Made by a program: the position numbers and the translations under genes. The notes below the pieces were generated by a model that did not search any database, had not been told where the DNA came from, and saw nothing but the letters and a program-made list of their open reading frames with translations. This document shows, piece after piece, positions 18,732 to 28,541 of a stretch of 32,000 nucleotides of DNA. The DNA comes from Cereibacter sphaeroides 2.4.1 (lineage in GTDB: Bacteria; Pseudomonadota; Alphaproteobacteria; Rhodobacterales; Rhodobacteraceae), in assembly GCF_000012905.2 (NCBI RefSeq), contig NC_007494.2, forward strand, positions 210,001-242,000, written 5' to 3'. How positions within the stretch are numbered: the first letter of the stretch is position 1; every line of letters starts with the position of its first letter.

Positions 18732-19520
18732 TCAGAGATGGTCGGGCTGCGGCATCCCCAGCACATGATAGCCGCCGTCCACCCGGACGATCTCGCCCGT
18801 GGTGCAGGCGCCATAGTCCGAGGCGAGCCATGCCGCCGTGCCGCCCACCGCTTCGAGCGTCGCGTTCGCCCGCAGGGGCGCGTTGGCCTCGGTGTGGCGG
18901 AAGGTGGCGCGCGCGCCCGCGATGGCCGCGCCCGCGAGCGTCTTCATCGGGCCGGGCGAAATCGCATTCACCCGGATCTTCTGCGGCCCGAGGTCATTGG
19001 CGAGATACCGCACCGCCGATTCCAGCGCCGATTTCGCCACGCCCATCACGTTGTAATAGGGCGTCACCCGGTTCGACCCCTGATAGGTCAGCGTCAGCAG
19101 CGCGCCGCCGTCGGGCATGAGCTCCGAGGCGCGCCGCGCGATGTCGATGAAGGAATAGCACGAGATCGTCAGCGAATTGCGGAAGTTCTCGCGCGAGGTG
19201 TTGATGAAGCGTCCGGCGAGTTCGGTCTTGTCCGAATAGGCGATTGCATGGACCACGAAGTCGAGCGTGCCCCAGCGATCCTTCAGCGCGCCGAAGCAGG
19301 CGTCGAGCGAGGCATCGTCCATCACATCGACATCGACGAGGAAGTCCGAGCCGACCGAGGCCGCCAGCGGCTCGACCCGCTTGCCGAACGCCTCGCCCTG
19401 ATAGGAGAAGGCGAGTTCGGCCCCTTCGGCGGCCAGGGCGCGTGCAATGCCCCAGGCGATCGAGCGGTCGTTCGCGACCCCCATCACCAGACCGCGTTTA
19501 CCCTTCATCAGATCGGCCAT
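18732..19520 (-). CDS. fabI: Enoyl-[acyl-carrier-protein] reductase (NADH)
   Basis: 262-aa track ORF: MKGKRGLVMGVANDRSIAWGIA..., catalytic region YNVMGVAKSALE, and ISPGPMKTLA. Confidence 0.92.
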   Translation of the reverse strand: MADLMKGKRGLVMGVANDRSIAWGIARALAAEGAELAFSYQGEAFGKRVEPLAASVGSDFLVDVDVMDDASLDACFGALKDRWGTLDFVVHAIAYSDKTELAGRFINTSRENFRNSLTISCYSFIDIARRASELMPDGGALLTLTYQGSNRVTPYYNVMGVAKSALESAVRYLANDLGPQKIRVNAISPGPMKTLAGAAIAGARATFRHTEANAPLRANATLEAVGGTAAWLASDYGACTTGEIVRVDGGYHVLGMPQPDHL

Positions 19521-19530
19521 CGCCGCACCC

Positions 19531-20760
19531 TCAGTTGTTGAACTTGCTCAGGAGCAGACTGGCGTTGGTGCCGCCGAAGCCGAAGCTGTTGGACAGGACC
19601 GAGTCGATCTCGACCCCCTCGCGCAGGGTGGTGGCGATCTCGTCCGGCTGGATCTCGGGGTCGAGCTGGGTCACGTTGGCCGAGGCCGCGATGAAGTCGC
19701 CCTGCATCATCAGGATCGAATAGATCGCCTCGTGCACGCCGGTGGCCCCCAGCGAATGGCCGGTGAGCGACTTGGTGGAGGAGATCGGCGGAACCTTGCC
19801 CTCGCCGAAGATCCGCCGGATCGCGCGCACCTCGGTCACGTCGCCCGCGGGCGTCGAGGTGCCGTGTGCGTTGATGTAATCGACCCGGCGCCCCTCGGGC
19901 AGCGTGCCGAGCGCCAGCCGCATCGACCGCTCGCCGCCTTCGCCCGACGGCGCCACCATGTCGGCCCCGTCCGAGGTGGCCCCGTAGCCGGTCACTTCGG
20001 CATAGATCTTCGCGCCGCGCGCCAGCGCATGCTCGAGCTCTTCCAGCACGACCACGCCGCCGCCGCCCGCGATCACGAACCCGTCGCGCGTGGCGTCGAA
20101 CGGCCGCGAGGCGGTCTCGGGCGCATCGTTGTATTTCGACGACATGGCCCCCATCGCGTCGAAGAGGCAGGAGAGCGTCCAGTCGAGCTCTTCCCCGCCG
20201 CCGGCGAAGACGATGTCCTGCTTGCCCATCTGGATCAGCTCGGTGCCGTTGCCGATGCAATGGGCCGAGGTGGAGCAGGCCGAGGTGATCGAATAGTTCA
20301 CGCCCTTGATCTTGAAGGGCGTGGCAAGGCAGGCCGAGTTGGTCGAGCTCATGCAGCGCGTCACCATGAAGGGACCCATCCGCTTGGGCGAGCCCTTCTC
20401 GATGACGATCTTGTGGGCCTGGAAGAAGTTCGAGGTCGACGGCCCGCCCGAGCCCATCACGAGACCGGTGCGCGGGTTCGAGACCTCGGTGGCCTCGAGG
20501 CCCGAATCCTTGATCGCCTGCTCCATCGCGATGAAGTTGTAGGCGGCTCCGGCGCCCATGAAGCGCAGGTCGCGCTTGTCGACATGGTCCTCGAGCACGA
20601 GATCGGGCATCCCGTGGATCTGGCTGCGGAAGCCGTGGTGGGCATAGTCCTCCGAGAAGGAGATGCCCGAGCGGCCGGCGCGCAGGCTCGCTTCCACTTC
20701 GGCGGCATTGTTCCCGATCGGCGAGACGATGCCGATCCCGGTGATGACGACGCGGCGCAT
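19531..20760 (-). CDS. fabB: 3-oxoacyl-ACP synthase I
   Basis: 409-aa track ORF. The N-terminus [36 protein letters not shown] closely parallels E. coli FabB. Active-site Cys context is [13 protein letters not shown], with [11 protein letters not shown] and [23 protein letters not shown]. Confidence 0.92.
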   Translation of the reverse strand: MRRVVITGIGIVSPIGNNAAEVEASLRAGRSGISFSEDYAHHGFRSQIHGMPDLVLEDHVDKRDLRFMGAGAAYNFIAMEQAIKDSGLEATEVSNPRTGLVMGSGGPSTSNFFQAHKIVIEKGSPKRMGPFMVTRCMSSTNSACLATPFKIKGVNYSITSACSTSAHCIGNGTELIQMGKQDIVFAGGGEELDWTLSCLFDAMGAMSSKYNDAPETASRPFDATRDGFVIAGGGGVVVLEELEHALARGAKIYAEVTGYGATSDGADMVAPSGEGGERSMRLALGTLPEGRRVDYINAHGTSTPAGDVTEVRAIRRIFGEGKVPPISSTKSLTGHSLGATGVHEAIYSILMMQGDFIAASANVTQLDPEIQPDEIATTLREGVEIDSVLSNSFGFGGTNASLLLSKFNN

Positions 20761-20779
20761 CGGTGTTCCTCCCCCTCGA

Positions 20780-21289
20780 TCAGGCCGCAGCGGCCAGACC
20801 GACTTTCATGTCCTTGACGCTGTAGATCTCTTCGCCATCGGCGAAGACGCGGCCGTCCGCCACGCCCATCTTGAGGCGGCGGTCGATCACGCGGGTGAAA
20901 TCGACGTGGTAGGTGACGAGCTTGCGGTCCGGGCGGACCATGCCCGAGAGCTTCACCTCGCCCACGCCGAGCGCGAAGCCCTGGCCCTGCCAGCCGCGCC
21001 AGCCGAGGTTGAAGCCCGTGAGCTGCCAGAGCCCGTCGAGCCCGAGGCAGCCCGGCATGACTGGATTGCCCGGGAAATGGCATTCGAAGAACCATAGGTC
21101 GGGATGGATGTCGAACTCGGCCACGACATGCCCCTTGCCATGCAGCCCGCCATCGGCCGAAATGTCGGTGATGCGGTCCATCATCAGCATCGGCGGCAAC
21201 GGGAGCTGGGCATTGCCAGGCCCGAAGAGCTCGCCCCGCGCGCAAGCCAGCAGCGCCTCTTTGTCGAAGCTCGTCGGATAGTCCGCCAT
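20780..21289 (-). CDS. fabA: 3-hydroxydecanoyl-ACP dehydratase / trans-2-decenoyl-ACP isomerase
   Basis: 169-aa track ORF. The motifs [49 protein letters not shown] and GVGEVK match the FabA family. Confidence 0.92.
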   Translation of the reverse strand: MADYPTSFDKEALLACARGELFGPGNAQLPLPPMLMMDRITDISADGGLHGKGHVVAEFDIHPDLWFFECHFPGNPVMPGCLGLDGLWQLTGFNLGWRGWQGQGFALGVGEVKLSGMVRPDRKLVTYHVDFTRVIDRRLKMGVADGRVFADGEEIYSVKDMKVGLAAAA

Positions 21290-21447
21290 TTTTCTCCCGT
21301 CCGTCCCTGGGTCAACCGCTTCCCCTTAGCACCCGTACGGAAGGGCTGGCAAGGGCGGCGCCCTGCGTCACCGGGGCAGCGGGCCGTCAGAAAAACATGG
21401 GTCTTTCCGTTTGAATTTTGCGCCCGCAATGGGATAAGATGCATTTC

Positions 21448-21879
21448 ATGGCAGATGGAATGATGGCACGATCGGCAATCGAACGCGGCACCGACTGGCT
21501 GGCGAAGGGCGGCCTGCGCCCGACGCGGCAGCGCGTGGCGCTGGCGGCGCTTCTGGTCGGCGACGGTCGCGACCGGCATGTGACGGCGGAAAGTCTTTTC
21601 GCCGCAGCCGGCCAGTCCAACGACAAGGTCAGCCTCGCCACCGTCTACAACACGCTGCGCGCCTTCTGCGAAGCGGGCCTCATGCAGGAGGTCGTGGTGG
21701 ATGGCGCACGCAGCTATTTCGATACGCGCGTCGACAACCATCCCCACTTCTACTGGGAAGATACGGCCGACCTCTTCGACGCCCCGGCCGACCAGCTCGA
21801 GATCAGCCGCATTCCCGAACTGCCGCCGGGCGCCGAGCTGAGCCGGGTCGACGTGGTCATCCGCCTCAAGCGTACCTGA
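21448..21879 (+). CDS. irr: Fur-family iron response regulator (Irr-like)
   Basis: Track ORF 21418..21879 contains LRPTRQRVALAALL...ATVYNTLRAFCEAGLM (winged helix) and YFDTRVDNHPHFYWED (an HxH motif at the position of the Irr haem-regulatory HHH). It is divergent from fabA, as is common in alphaproteobacteria. The start is ambiguous: in-frame ATGs occur at 21439, 21448, 21460 and 21463. Confidence 0.8.
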   Translation: MADGMMARSAIERGTDWLAKGGLRPTRQRVALAALLVGDGRDRHVTAESLFAAAGQSNDKVSLATVYNTLRAFCEAGLMQEVVVDGARSYFDTRVDNHPHFYWEDTADLFDAPADQLEISRIPELPPGAELSRVDVVIRLKRT

Positions 21880-22009
21880 TCGGCAATTCCCGCTTTATTG
21901 CGCAGCGTCTGCCGCTTCTGCGGGCAGGCGTCGCTTTAGCCGGCCCGGCCGCGGAACCGGTGGCCCGGCCATGTGTTGGCGGAGCCTGGACCACGAAAGG
22001 GGGCAGGTT

Positions 22010-22822
22010 ATGCTGATACGGTTCGGCTACGACATCTCGCTGCAATGCGAGGTCCCGACGCCGATGATCTGCCTTCTCGACATCCGCGATGAAGAGCGCG
22101 GGGCGCTTCGGATCCCCGAGACCGCGGAGGCCGATCCTTCGGTGCCGATGACGGTGCATCACGACATGTTCGGCAACCGCTGCCGGCGGCTGGTGGCGCC
22201 GGCCGGCACCCTGCGCCTGACCGGCGGCGGGGTGATGGAGGATCCGGGCACGCCCGATCCCGAGGATTGGGGCGCGGCCGAGATCCCGGTGGCGGAACTG
22301 CCCGACGAGGTGCTGCCGTTCCTCCTCGGCTCGCGTTACTGCGAGACCGACCGGATCAGCCAGTTCGCCTGGGACATGTTCGGACAGGTGACGCCCGGCT
22401 GGGCACGGGTGCAGGCGATCTCGGACTTCGTCCATGGTCACATCCGCTTCGACTATGCCGCCGCAAGCTCGTTCCGCACGGCCTACGGGGCGTGGGAGGA
22501 AGGGACGGGCGTCTGCCGCGACTTCACCCATCTGGGCATCGCGCTCTGCCGCGCACTGAACATTCCCGCCCGCTACATCAACGGCTATCTGGGCGACATC
22601 GGCGTGCCTCCCGGCGGGCCGATGGATTTCTGCGCCTGGATGGAGGTCTATCTCGGCGGCCGCTGGCATGTGTTCGACCCGCGCAACAACCAGCGCCGGA
22701 TCGGCCGCATCGTCATCGCACGCGGCCGGGATGCGGCGGACGTGCCGATGGTCCATTCCTTCGGGCCGCATCTGCTCACGAACTTCTTCGTGCGCTGCGA
22801 GGAAGTGGCGGAGACGGGCTGA
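22010..22822 (+). CDS. Transglutaminase-like cysteine-protease-fold family protein
   Basis: 270 aa starting at MLIRFGYDISLQCEVPTPMI (SD AAGGGGG upstream). The core is GTGVCRDFTHLGIALCRALNIPARYINGY...HAWMEVYL-like (FCAWMEVYLGGRWHVFDPRN), giving the Cys-His-Asp context. Confidence 0.85.
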   Translation: MLIRFGYDISLQCEVPTPMICLLDIRDEERGALRIPETAEADPSVPMTVHHDMFGNRCRRLVAPAGTLRLTGGGVMEDPGTPDPEDWGAAEIPVAELPDEVLPFLLGSRYCETDRISQFAWDMFGQVTPGWARVQAISDFVHGHIRFDYAAASSFRTAYGAWEEGTGVCRDFTHLGIALCRALNIPARYINGYLGDIGVPPGGPMDFCAWMEVYLGGRWHVFDPRNNQRRIGRIVIARGRDAADVPMVHSFGPHLLTNFFVRCEEVAETG

Positions 22823-22834
22823 GCCTCAGCCCGT
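22814..22834. terminator. Perfect 10+10 palindrome at a convergent gene junction (candidate bidirectional hairpin)
   Basis: ACGGGCTGAG-C-CTCAGCCCGT. The + strand TGA (22820-22822) and the - strand TGA (22826-22828) both lie inside the arms. Confidence 0.4.
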
Positions 22835-24007
22835 CGGGATGGCGCCTGCGGCGGCGGCCGGGCCTCCGTCCACACCCCAGCGGGCGAGGATCTCGGCCGT
22901 GTCGGCCCCGGGCCGCGCGGGCGGAGAGGGCCGCGGGCCCGGGAAGTCGGAGAAGCGCGGGGCAGGGGCGGGCTGGGGCACGCCGCCCACGGTCACGAAG
23001 GTCTCGCGGGCACGGGCCTGCGGATGCTCCGGCGCCTCTGACCAGTCCAGCACCGGCGCCACGCAGGCGTCGGTTCCAGCGAAGAGAGCGACCCATTCGT
23101 CCCGCGGCTTCGTCCGCAGGATCCCGGCCAGCCGCGTGCGCTGCGCGGGCCAGTCGGCGGGCGGTCCCTGCCGCAGCTCCGCAGCTTCGGGGCCCAGCCG
23201 CTCGAGGAAGGTCCGCGCGAACCGGCCCTCGATCGGGGCCACGGCGAGGAAGCGGCCGTCGGCGCATTCGTAGGTGCCGTAGAACCAGGCCCCGCCGTCG
23301 AGGAGGTTCGCCTGCCGCCCGTCCTGCCAGGCGCCGCCGGCCCGGAAGCCCCAGATCATCGCGGCGAGCAGCGAGGCGCCCTCGGTCATGGCCGCGTCGA
23401 CCACCTGCCCGCGCCCGGTCGTGCGCGCCTGCAGGAGGGCCGCCACCATCCCGAAGGCCAGCATCATGCCGCCGCCGCCGAAATCGCCGATGAGATTCAG
23501 CGGCACCGCCGGCGGCCGGTCGGCAGGCCCCAGCGCGCCGAGGACGCCCGAGAGCGCGATATAGGTCAGATCGTGCCCGGCGGTGGCGGCCAGCGGCCCG
23601 TCCTGCCCCCAGCCCGTCATCCGCCCGTAGACGAGGCGCGGATTGCGCGCATGACACTCCGCGGGCCCGAGCCCCAGCCGCTCCATCACGCCCGGCCGGA
23701 AGCCCTCCATCAGCCCGTCCGCCCGCTCCGCGAGATCGAGGAGCAGCGCCACCCCCTCGGGCCGCTTGAGGTCGATCGCGATGGAGCGCCGCCCGCGCGC
23801 CAGCACGTCGAACTCCGTGTCCATCAGCGGGATCTCGGCGCGCGCCGCGAGCGGATGGACGCGGATCACCTCGGCGCCCGCATCCGAGAGCATCATCGCC
23901 GCGAAGGGGCAGGGGCCGAGGCCCACCATCTCGACGATCCGCAGCCCCGCCAGCGGTCCGGCAGGGGCTTCTCCGGAAGCCTCCGGCCCGCCCTCGGCGA
24001 GGCTCAC
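22826..24007 (-). CDS. Type III CoA-transferase (CaiB/BaiF) family protein, alpha-methylacyl-CoA racemase (MCR/AMACR)-like
   Basis: The tail of track ORF 22826..24067 shows long colinear similarity to AMACR from memory: [110 protein letters not shown] propose a GTG start at 24007 overlapping the ACAD stop (GTGA). Confidence 0.85.
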   Translation of the reverse strand: MSLAEGGPEASGEAPAGPLAGLRIVEMVGLGPCPFAAMMLSDAGAEVIRVHPLAARAEIPLMDTEFDVLARGRRSIAIDLKRPEGVALLLDLAERADGLMEGFRPGVMERLGLGPAECHARNPRLVYGRMTGWGQDGPLAATAGHDLTYIALSGVLGALGPADRPPAVPLNLIGDFGGGGMMLAFGMVAALLQARTTGRGQVVDAAMTEGASLLAAMIWGFRAGGAWQDGRQANLLDGGAWFYGTYECADGRFLAVAPIEGRFARTFLERLGPEAAELRQGPPADWPAQRTRLAGILRTKPRDEWVALFAGTDACVAPVLDWSEAPEHPQARARETFVTVGGVPQPAPAPRFSDFPGPRPSPPARPGADTAEILARWGVDGGPAAAAGAIPTG

Positions 24008-25137
24008 GCCATGCCCCTGAGGATCAGCATCTTCTGGATGTCCGAGGTGCCCTCGTAGATCTGGCACACCCGGACATCGCGGTAGATCCGCTCCACGGGA
24101 AAGTCGCGGCTGTAGCCGTAGCCGCCGAAGGTCTGGATCGCGTCCGACACGATCCGCTCGGCCGCCTCCGAGGCGAAGAGCTTGGCCATCGCGGCCTCGG
24201 TCAGGCAGGGCTGGCCCGCATCCTTCATCCGCGCCGCATGAAGCACCATCTGCCGCGCCGCCTCGAGCCGCGTCTTCGCCTCGGCAAGCCGGAAGCCCAC
24301 CGCCTGATGCTCGATCAGCGGCCGCCCGAACGAGGTCCGCTCGCGCGCATAGGCCACCGCCGCCTCGAGCGCCGCCTGCGCCATGCCGACCGACTGGGCC
24401 GCGATGCCGATGCGCCCGGTCTCGAGGCTGGAGAGCGCGATCCGGTAGCCCTCGCCCTCGGCCCCGATCCGCAGCGCCTCGGGCACCCGCAGGCTGTCGA
24501 AGCGCAGCGCGCAGGTGTCGGACGCCTCCTGCCCGAGCTTGTCCTCGACCTTGACCACCTCGTAGCCCGGCGTGTCGGTGGGGGTGAGGAAGCAGGTGAT
24601 GCCCTCCTTGCCCGTGCTTCCCTCCATCCGCGCGAACAGGATTGCCCAGCCCGCGAGCCGCCCCGAGGTGATGAAGACCTTCTCGCCGTCGATCACATAG
24701 TCTCCGCCCGCGCGCCGCGCCCGGCTGCGCAGCGCCGAGGCGTCCGAACCCGCATGGGCCTCGGTCAGGGCGAAGGCGCCGATGAAGGCGCCCTGTGCCG
24801 CCGGCCGCAGCACCCTCTCGCGCTGCGCGGGGCTCGCGAACCGCTGGAGGATCGCGTTGAAGGGGGCGTTATGCACGCTCATCACCGTCGAGACCGCGCC
24901 GTCGCCCGCCGCGATCTCGATCAGCGCCAGCGCATAGCTCATATAGTCGGCGCCGACGCCGCCCATCTCCTCGGGCACCGTCATGCCGAAGAACCCGAGC
25001 TCGCCCATCTGCGCGAGCACGGCCGGCTCGATCGCCTTGGCCTTCGCGCGGGCCGCGGCGCCGGGTGCCAGCACCTCGCGGGCGAAGGTGCGCGCCATCT
25101 CCTGCACGAGGCGCTGCTCGTCGGTCAGGACGCTCAT
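24004..25137 (-). CDS. Acyl-CoA dehydrogenase (short/branched-chain type likely)
   Basis: 377 aa starting at [23 protein letters not shown], with ...[12 protein letters not shown]..., ...[19 protein letters not shown]. An ATGA overlap joins it to the upstream SDR stop (25134-25137). Confidence 0.9.
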   Translation of the reverse strand: MSVLTDEQRLVQEMARTFAREVLAPGAAARAKAKAIEPAVLAQMGELGFFGMTVPEEMGGVGADYMSYALALIEIAAGDGAVSTVMSVHNAPFNAILQRFASPAQRERVLRPAAQGAFIGAFALTEAHAGSDASALRSRARRAGGDYVIDGEKVFITSGRLAGWAILFARMEGSTGKEGITCFLTPTDTPGYEVVKVEDKLGQEASDTCALRFDSLRVPEALRIGAEGEGYRIALSSLETGRIGIAAQSVGMAQAALEAAVAYARERTSFGRPLIEHQAVGFRLAEAKTRLEAARQMVLHAARMKDAGQPCLTEAAMAKLFASEAAERIVSDAIQTFGGYGYSRDFPVERIYRDVRVCQIYEGTSDIQKMLILRGMA

Positions 25138-25895
25138 TTCGGTGCCATCCGCAGCGCGCCGTCGAGCCGGATCGTCTCGCCGTTCAACATGGGGTTCGAC
25201 AGGATGTGGAGCGCAAGGGCCGCGAATTCGGCCGGCCGGCCGAGCCGCGAGGGGAAGGGCACCGCCGCGCCGAGGCTCTCCTGCGCGGCCTCGGGCAGGC
25301 CCTTCAGCATCGCGGTCTCGAAGATGCCGGGGGCGATGGCGCAGACCCGGATGCCGAGCGGGGCGAGTTCGCGCGCGGCGGGCAGGGTGAGGCCCACGAT
25401 GCCCCCCTTCGAGGCGGCATAGGCGGTCTGGCCGATCTGCCCCTCCCAGGCCGCCACCGAGGCGGTGTGGATCGCCACCCCCCGCTCGCCGGTCTCGAGC
25501 GGCGCGAGTTCCGCCGCCCCCGCCGCGAAGAGGCGCAGAAGGTTGAAGCTGCCCACGAGGTTCACCTCGACCGTGCGGCGGAACTCCTCGAGCGGCATGA
25601 CGCCCGCGCGCCCGAGCATCTTCTTCGCCGGCGCCACCCCCGCGCAATTGACGAGGATGCGCGCCACGCCCTGCTCGGCCGCGGCCCGCGCCACCGCCGC
25701 TTCGGCGCCCTCGGCCGAGGCCACGTCGCAGCCGATGGCGAGCCCGCCGATCTCGGCCGCGACCGCCTCGGCCGCGGGCAGGTTGAAATCGAGGAGCGCC
25801 ACCCGCGCCCCCGCCGCCGCCAGCGCCCGCGCCGTGGCCTCGCCCAAGCCCGATCCCGCGCCGGTGACGAGCGCCGCCTGATCCCGAAGGTCCAT
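25134..25895 (-). CDS. SDR-family 3-hydroxyacyl-CoA dehydrogenase (HSD17B10 / 3-hydroxy-2-methylbutyryl-CoA dehydrogenase-like)
   Basis: 253-aa track ORF with TGAGSGLG, NCAG and the catalytic YAASKGG. The start shares 1 nt with the thiolase stop (TGATG). Confidence 0.88.
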   Translation of the reverse strand: MDLRDQAALVTGAGSGLGEATARALAAAGARVALLDFNLPAAEAVAAEIGGLAIGCDVASAEGAEAAVARAAAEQGVARILVNCAGVAPAKKMLGRAGVMPLEEFRRTVEVNLVGSFNLLRLFAAGAAELAPLETGERGVAIHTASVAAWEGQIGQTAYAASKGGIVGLTLPAARELAPLGIRVCAIAPGIFETAMLKGLPEAAQESLGAAVPFPSRLGRPAEFAALALHILSNPMLNGETIRLDGALRMAPK

Positions 25896-27055
25896 CAGAT
25901 CACCTCCACCGCCAGCGCCGTCGCCTCGCCGCCGCCGATGCAGAGCGAGGCCACGCCGCGTCTCAATCCCCGCGCCCGCAGCGCCTCGATCAAAGTCACC
26001 ACGATCCGCGCCCCCGAGCAGCCGATCGGATGGCCGAGCGCGCAGGCGCCGCCGTTCACATTGACCTTGTCGTGGGGCAGGTCTAGGTCGCGCATCGCGG
26101 CCATGGCCACCACTGCGAAAGCCTCGTTGATCTCGAAGAGATCGACCTCGGCCGCGCTCCAGCCCAACCGCTCGAGAAGCTTCCCGATGGCGAAGATCGG
26201 CGCCGTGGTAAAAAGGTTCGGCGCCTGCGCATGGCTTGCATGGCCGCGGATCGTGGCGAGCGGGGTCAGCCCCTGCGCCTCGGCCGCGCCGGCCGAGGCG
26301 ATCACGAGCGCCGCCGCCCCGTCCGAGATCGAGGAGCTGTTGGCCGCCGTCACCGTGCCGCCCTCGCGGAAGGCGGGCCTGAGCTGGGGGATCTTCTCGG
26401 GGCGGGCGCGGCCCGGGGCCTCGTCAACCGCCACCCCGTCCACTGCCACCACCTCGGCCGCGAAGCGCCCCTCGGCAATGGCCGCCTGCGCCCGGGCCAG
26501 CGAGGCCAGCGCATAGGCATCCTGCGCGTCGCGGGTGAACTGGTAGGCCTCGGCGCAATCCTCGGCGAAGGTGCCCATGGCGCGGCCGCGGTCGTAGGCA
26601 TCCTCGAGCCCGTCGAGGAACATGTGGTCCAGCACGCGCCCATGCCCGATCCGGTAGCCGCCGCGCGCCTTGTCGAGCAGATAGGGCGCGTTCGACATGC
26701 TCTCCATACCGCCCGCGACGACGATGCCCGCGCTGCCCGCCCGGATCATGTCATGCGCGGCCATGGCGGCCTTCATCCCCGAGCCGCAGACCTTGTTCAG
26801 CGTAGCGCAGGGCACCGAGAGCGGCAGCCCCGCGCCCAGAGCCGCCTGCCGCGCCGGCGCCTGCCCGAGGCCCGCGGGCAGCACGCAGCCCATCACGACC
26901 TCCTCGACCGCCTCGGGGGCGAGGCCCGCCCGCGCGAGCGCGGCCGAGATCGCCGCCGCGCCGAGCTCGACCCCCGTCCGGCCCTTGAGCGCACCCTGAA
27001 AGGCGCCCATCGGCGTCCGCGCCGCCCCCGCGATCACGATCGGTTCCGCTGCCAT
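25895..27055 (-). CDS. Acetyl-CoA C-acyltransferase (thiolase II family)
   Basis: 386-aa track ORF with active-site Cys context LNKVCGSGMKA, NEAFA and GGACALGHPIGCSGAR. SD GGGGAGGG precedes ATG 27055. Confidence 0.9.
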   Translation of the reverse strand: MAAEPIVIAGAARTPMGAFQGALKGRTGVELGAAAISAALARAGLAPEAVEEVVMGCVLPAGLGQAPARQAALGAGLPLSVPCATLNKVCGSGMKAAMAAHDMIRAGSAGIVVAGGMESMSNAPYLLDKARGGYRIGHGRVLDHMFLDGLEDAYDRGRAMGTFAEDCAEAYQFTRDAQDAYALASLARAQAAIAEGRFAAEVVAVDGVAVDEAPGRARPEKIPQLRPAFREGGTVTAANSSSISDGAAALVIASAGAAEAQGLTPLATIRGHASHAQAPNLFTTAPIFAIGKLLERLGWSAAEVDLFEINEAFAVVAMAAMRDLDLPHDKVNVNGGACALGHPIGCSGARIVVTLIEALRARGLRRGVASLCIGGGEATALAVEVI

Positions 27056-27198
27056 GAAGCCCTCCCCTGCCTGCTGACCGGCGGAGGCTAATCCGGCCTG
27101 CCCGCGCCGGGGAAGGGGAAAGGCCCCGCACCATGCCGTGACGTTCCGTAACGGTTCCTGCGACCGCCGGTGCCGTGCCGGAGTGGCGCCCCGCCCCC

Positions 27199-27227
27199 GC
27201 GGAGGCGGATCTCGCTTACGCCTCCGC
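27199..27227 (-). terminator. 9-bp hairpin spanning the cobB stop codon (possible terminator, no U-tract)
   Basis: GCGGAGGCG (27199-27207) pairs with CGCCTCCGC (27219-27227). The cobB TAA at 27216-27218 sits in the loop. Confidence 0.3.
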
Positions 27228-28541
27228 TTCGGCGCAGATCAGGTGGAAGAAACTCCCCGTCACCGGCCCCCGGCTCGATCCGGTCTCGGCCACGGGCCGC
27301 CCCTCCGCATCCCGCACCTCCGCCAGCGGCGCATCCGGCTGTTCGAGGATGGTGGAATAATGGAACTCGTGGCCCCGCAGGCGCGCGCCCGCCGCATGGC
27401 CGGGCGCCTGCGCCAGAAGCCGCGCCGAGCGGTAGCCCAGATGCAGCCGCCGCCGCTCGAAGCTCGTGACGAGGCCCAGAAGCCCGGTCATCGCATGGCG
27501 TTCTCCCGCCGCATCGATCAGCGCCTCGCCCAGCACCATGTAGCCGCCGCATTCGCCATGGACGGGCCGCGTCGCGGCATGGCGGCAGAGGCCTGCCCGG
27601 AAAGTTGCCGCCGCGGCCAGCCGGCCCGCGTGCAGCTCGGGATAGCCGCCCGGCAGCCAGACGAGATCGGCCTCGGGCGGCGCCTCGTCGGCGAGCGGCG
27701 AGAAGGGCAGGATCTCGGCCCCCGCCGCCCGCCAGCCCGCGATCAGATGCGGATAGACGAAGGAGAAGGCCGCATCCGACGCGAGCGCGATCCGCTGCGC
27801 CGGCGGTCGGGGCAGGGCGCCCGGCGGGCCGGCCCGGGTGTCGCCCGCGGCGGCCCGGATCGCGTCGAGATCGGCATGCTCCGCCAGCAAAGCCGCGAAC
27901 TGCCCGATGGCCCCCTCCAGATCGGGATGCTCGCCCGCCTGCACCAGACCCAGATGCCGCTCGGGCAGCGCCAGATCGCGCCGCCGCGGCAGGGCGCCCC
28001 GCACCGGCAGCCCCAGCCGCTCCATCTCGCGCCGGATCAGGGTCTCGTGGCGCGGGCTGGCCACGTTGTTGAGGATCACGCCGCCGAGCGCCGGTGCGTC
28101 GGGATGCTGCGCGAAGCCGAGCGCGGTCGCCGCCGCCGACTGCGCCTGCCCGCTCACATCGAGGACGATCAGCACGGGCCAGCCGAAGCGCCGTGCGATC
28201 TCGGCGGCCGAGCCGCGCCCGCTCATCCCGGGCAGCGAGGTGCCGTCGTAGAGACCCATCGATCCTTCGGCCAGGGCCAGATCCGCCCCTTCCGCCGCCC
28301 GGACCAGCGCCGCGAGCAGCGCGTCCGGCATCGCCCAGCCGTCGAGATTGACCGAAGCCCGCCCGGCCGCCGCCCGATGAAAGGCCGGATCGATGTAATC
28401 CGGCCCGTTCTTGAAGGGCTGCACGGCGAGCCCCTGCGTGCGATAGGCCCGCAGCAGGCCCAGCGTCACCGTGGTCTTCCCCGATCCCGACCCGGGCGCT
28501 GCGATCAGGAGGCCGGGCGGCAACAGGGACGCGGTCGACAT
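27216..28541 (-). CDS. cobB: Cobyrinate / hydrogenobyrinate a,c-diamide synthase
   Basis: 441 aa starting at MSTASLLPPGLLIAAPGSGSGKTTVTLGLL (P-loop), with FKNGPDYIDP, and a glutamine amidotransferase part LPGGYPELH...HGECGGYMVLG...GHEFHYS. SD GAGGAAGAG precedes ATG 28541. Confidence 0.9.
   Translation of the reverse strand: MSTASLLPPGLLIAAPGSGSGKTTVTLGLLRAYRTQGLAVQPFKNGPDYIDPAFHRAAAGRASVNLDGWAMPDALLAALVRAAEGADLALAEGSMGLYDGTSLPGMSGRGSAAEIARRFGWPVLIVLDVSGQAQSAAATALGFAQHPDAPALGGVILNNVASPRHETLIRREMERLGLPVRGALPRRRDLALPERHLGLVQAGEHPDLEGAIGQFAALLAEHADLDAIRAAAGDTRAGPPGALPRPPAQRIALASDAAFSFVYPHLIAGWRAAGAEILPFSPLADEAPPEADLVWLPGGYPELHAGRLAAAATFRAGLCRHAATRPVHGECGGYMVLGEALIDAAGERHAMTGLLGLVTSFERRRLHLGYRSARLLAQAPGHAAGARLRGHEFHYSTILEQPDAPLAEVRDAEGRPVAETGSSRGPVTGSFFHLICAEAEA

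Noticed and set aside
27141-27160. A short repeat or palindrome (GTTCC-gtaacg-GTTCC / CCGT-a-ACGG) upstream of the thiolase operon, considered as a possible operator.
   Set aside because: It is too short to tell apart from chance, and no cognate regulator gene is adjacent.
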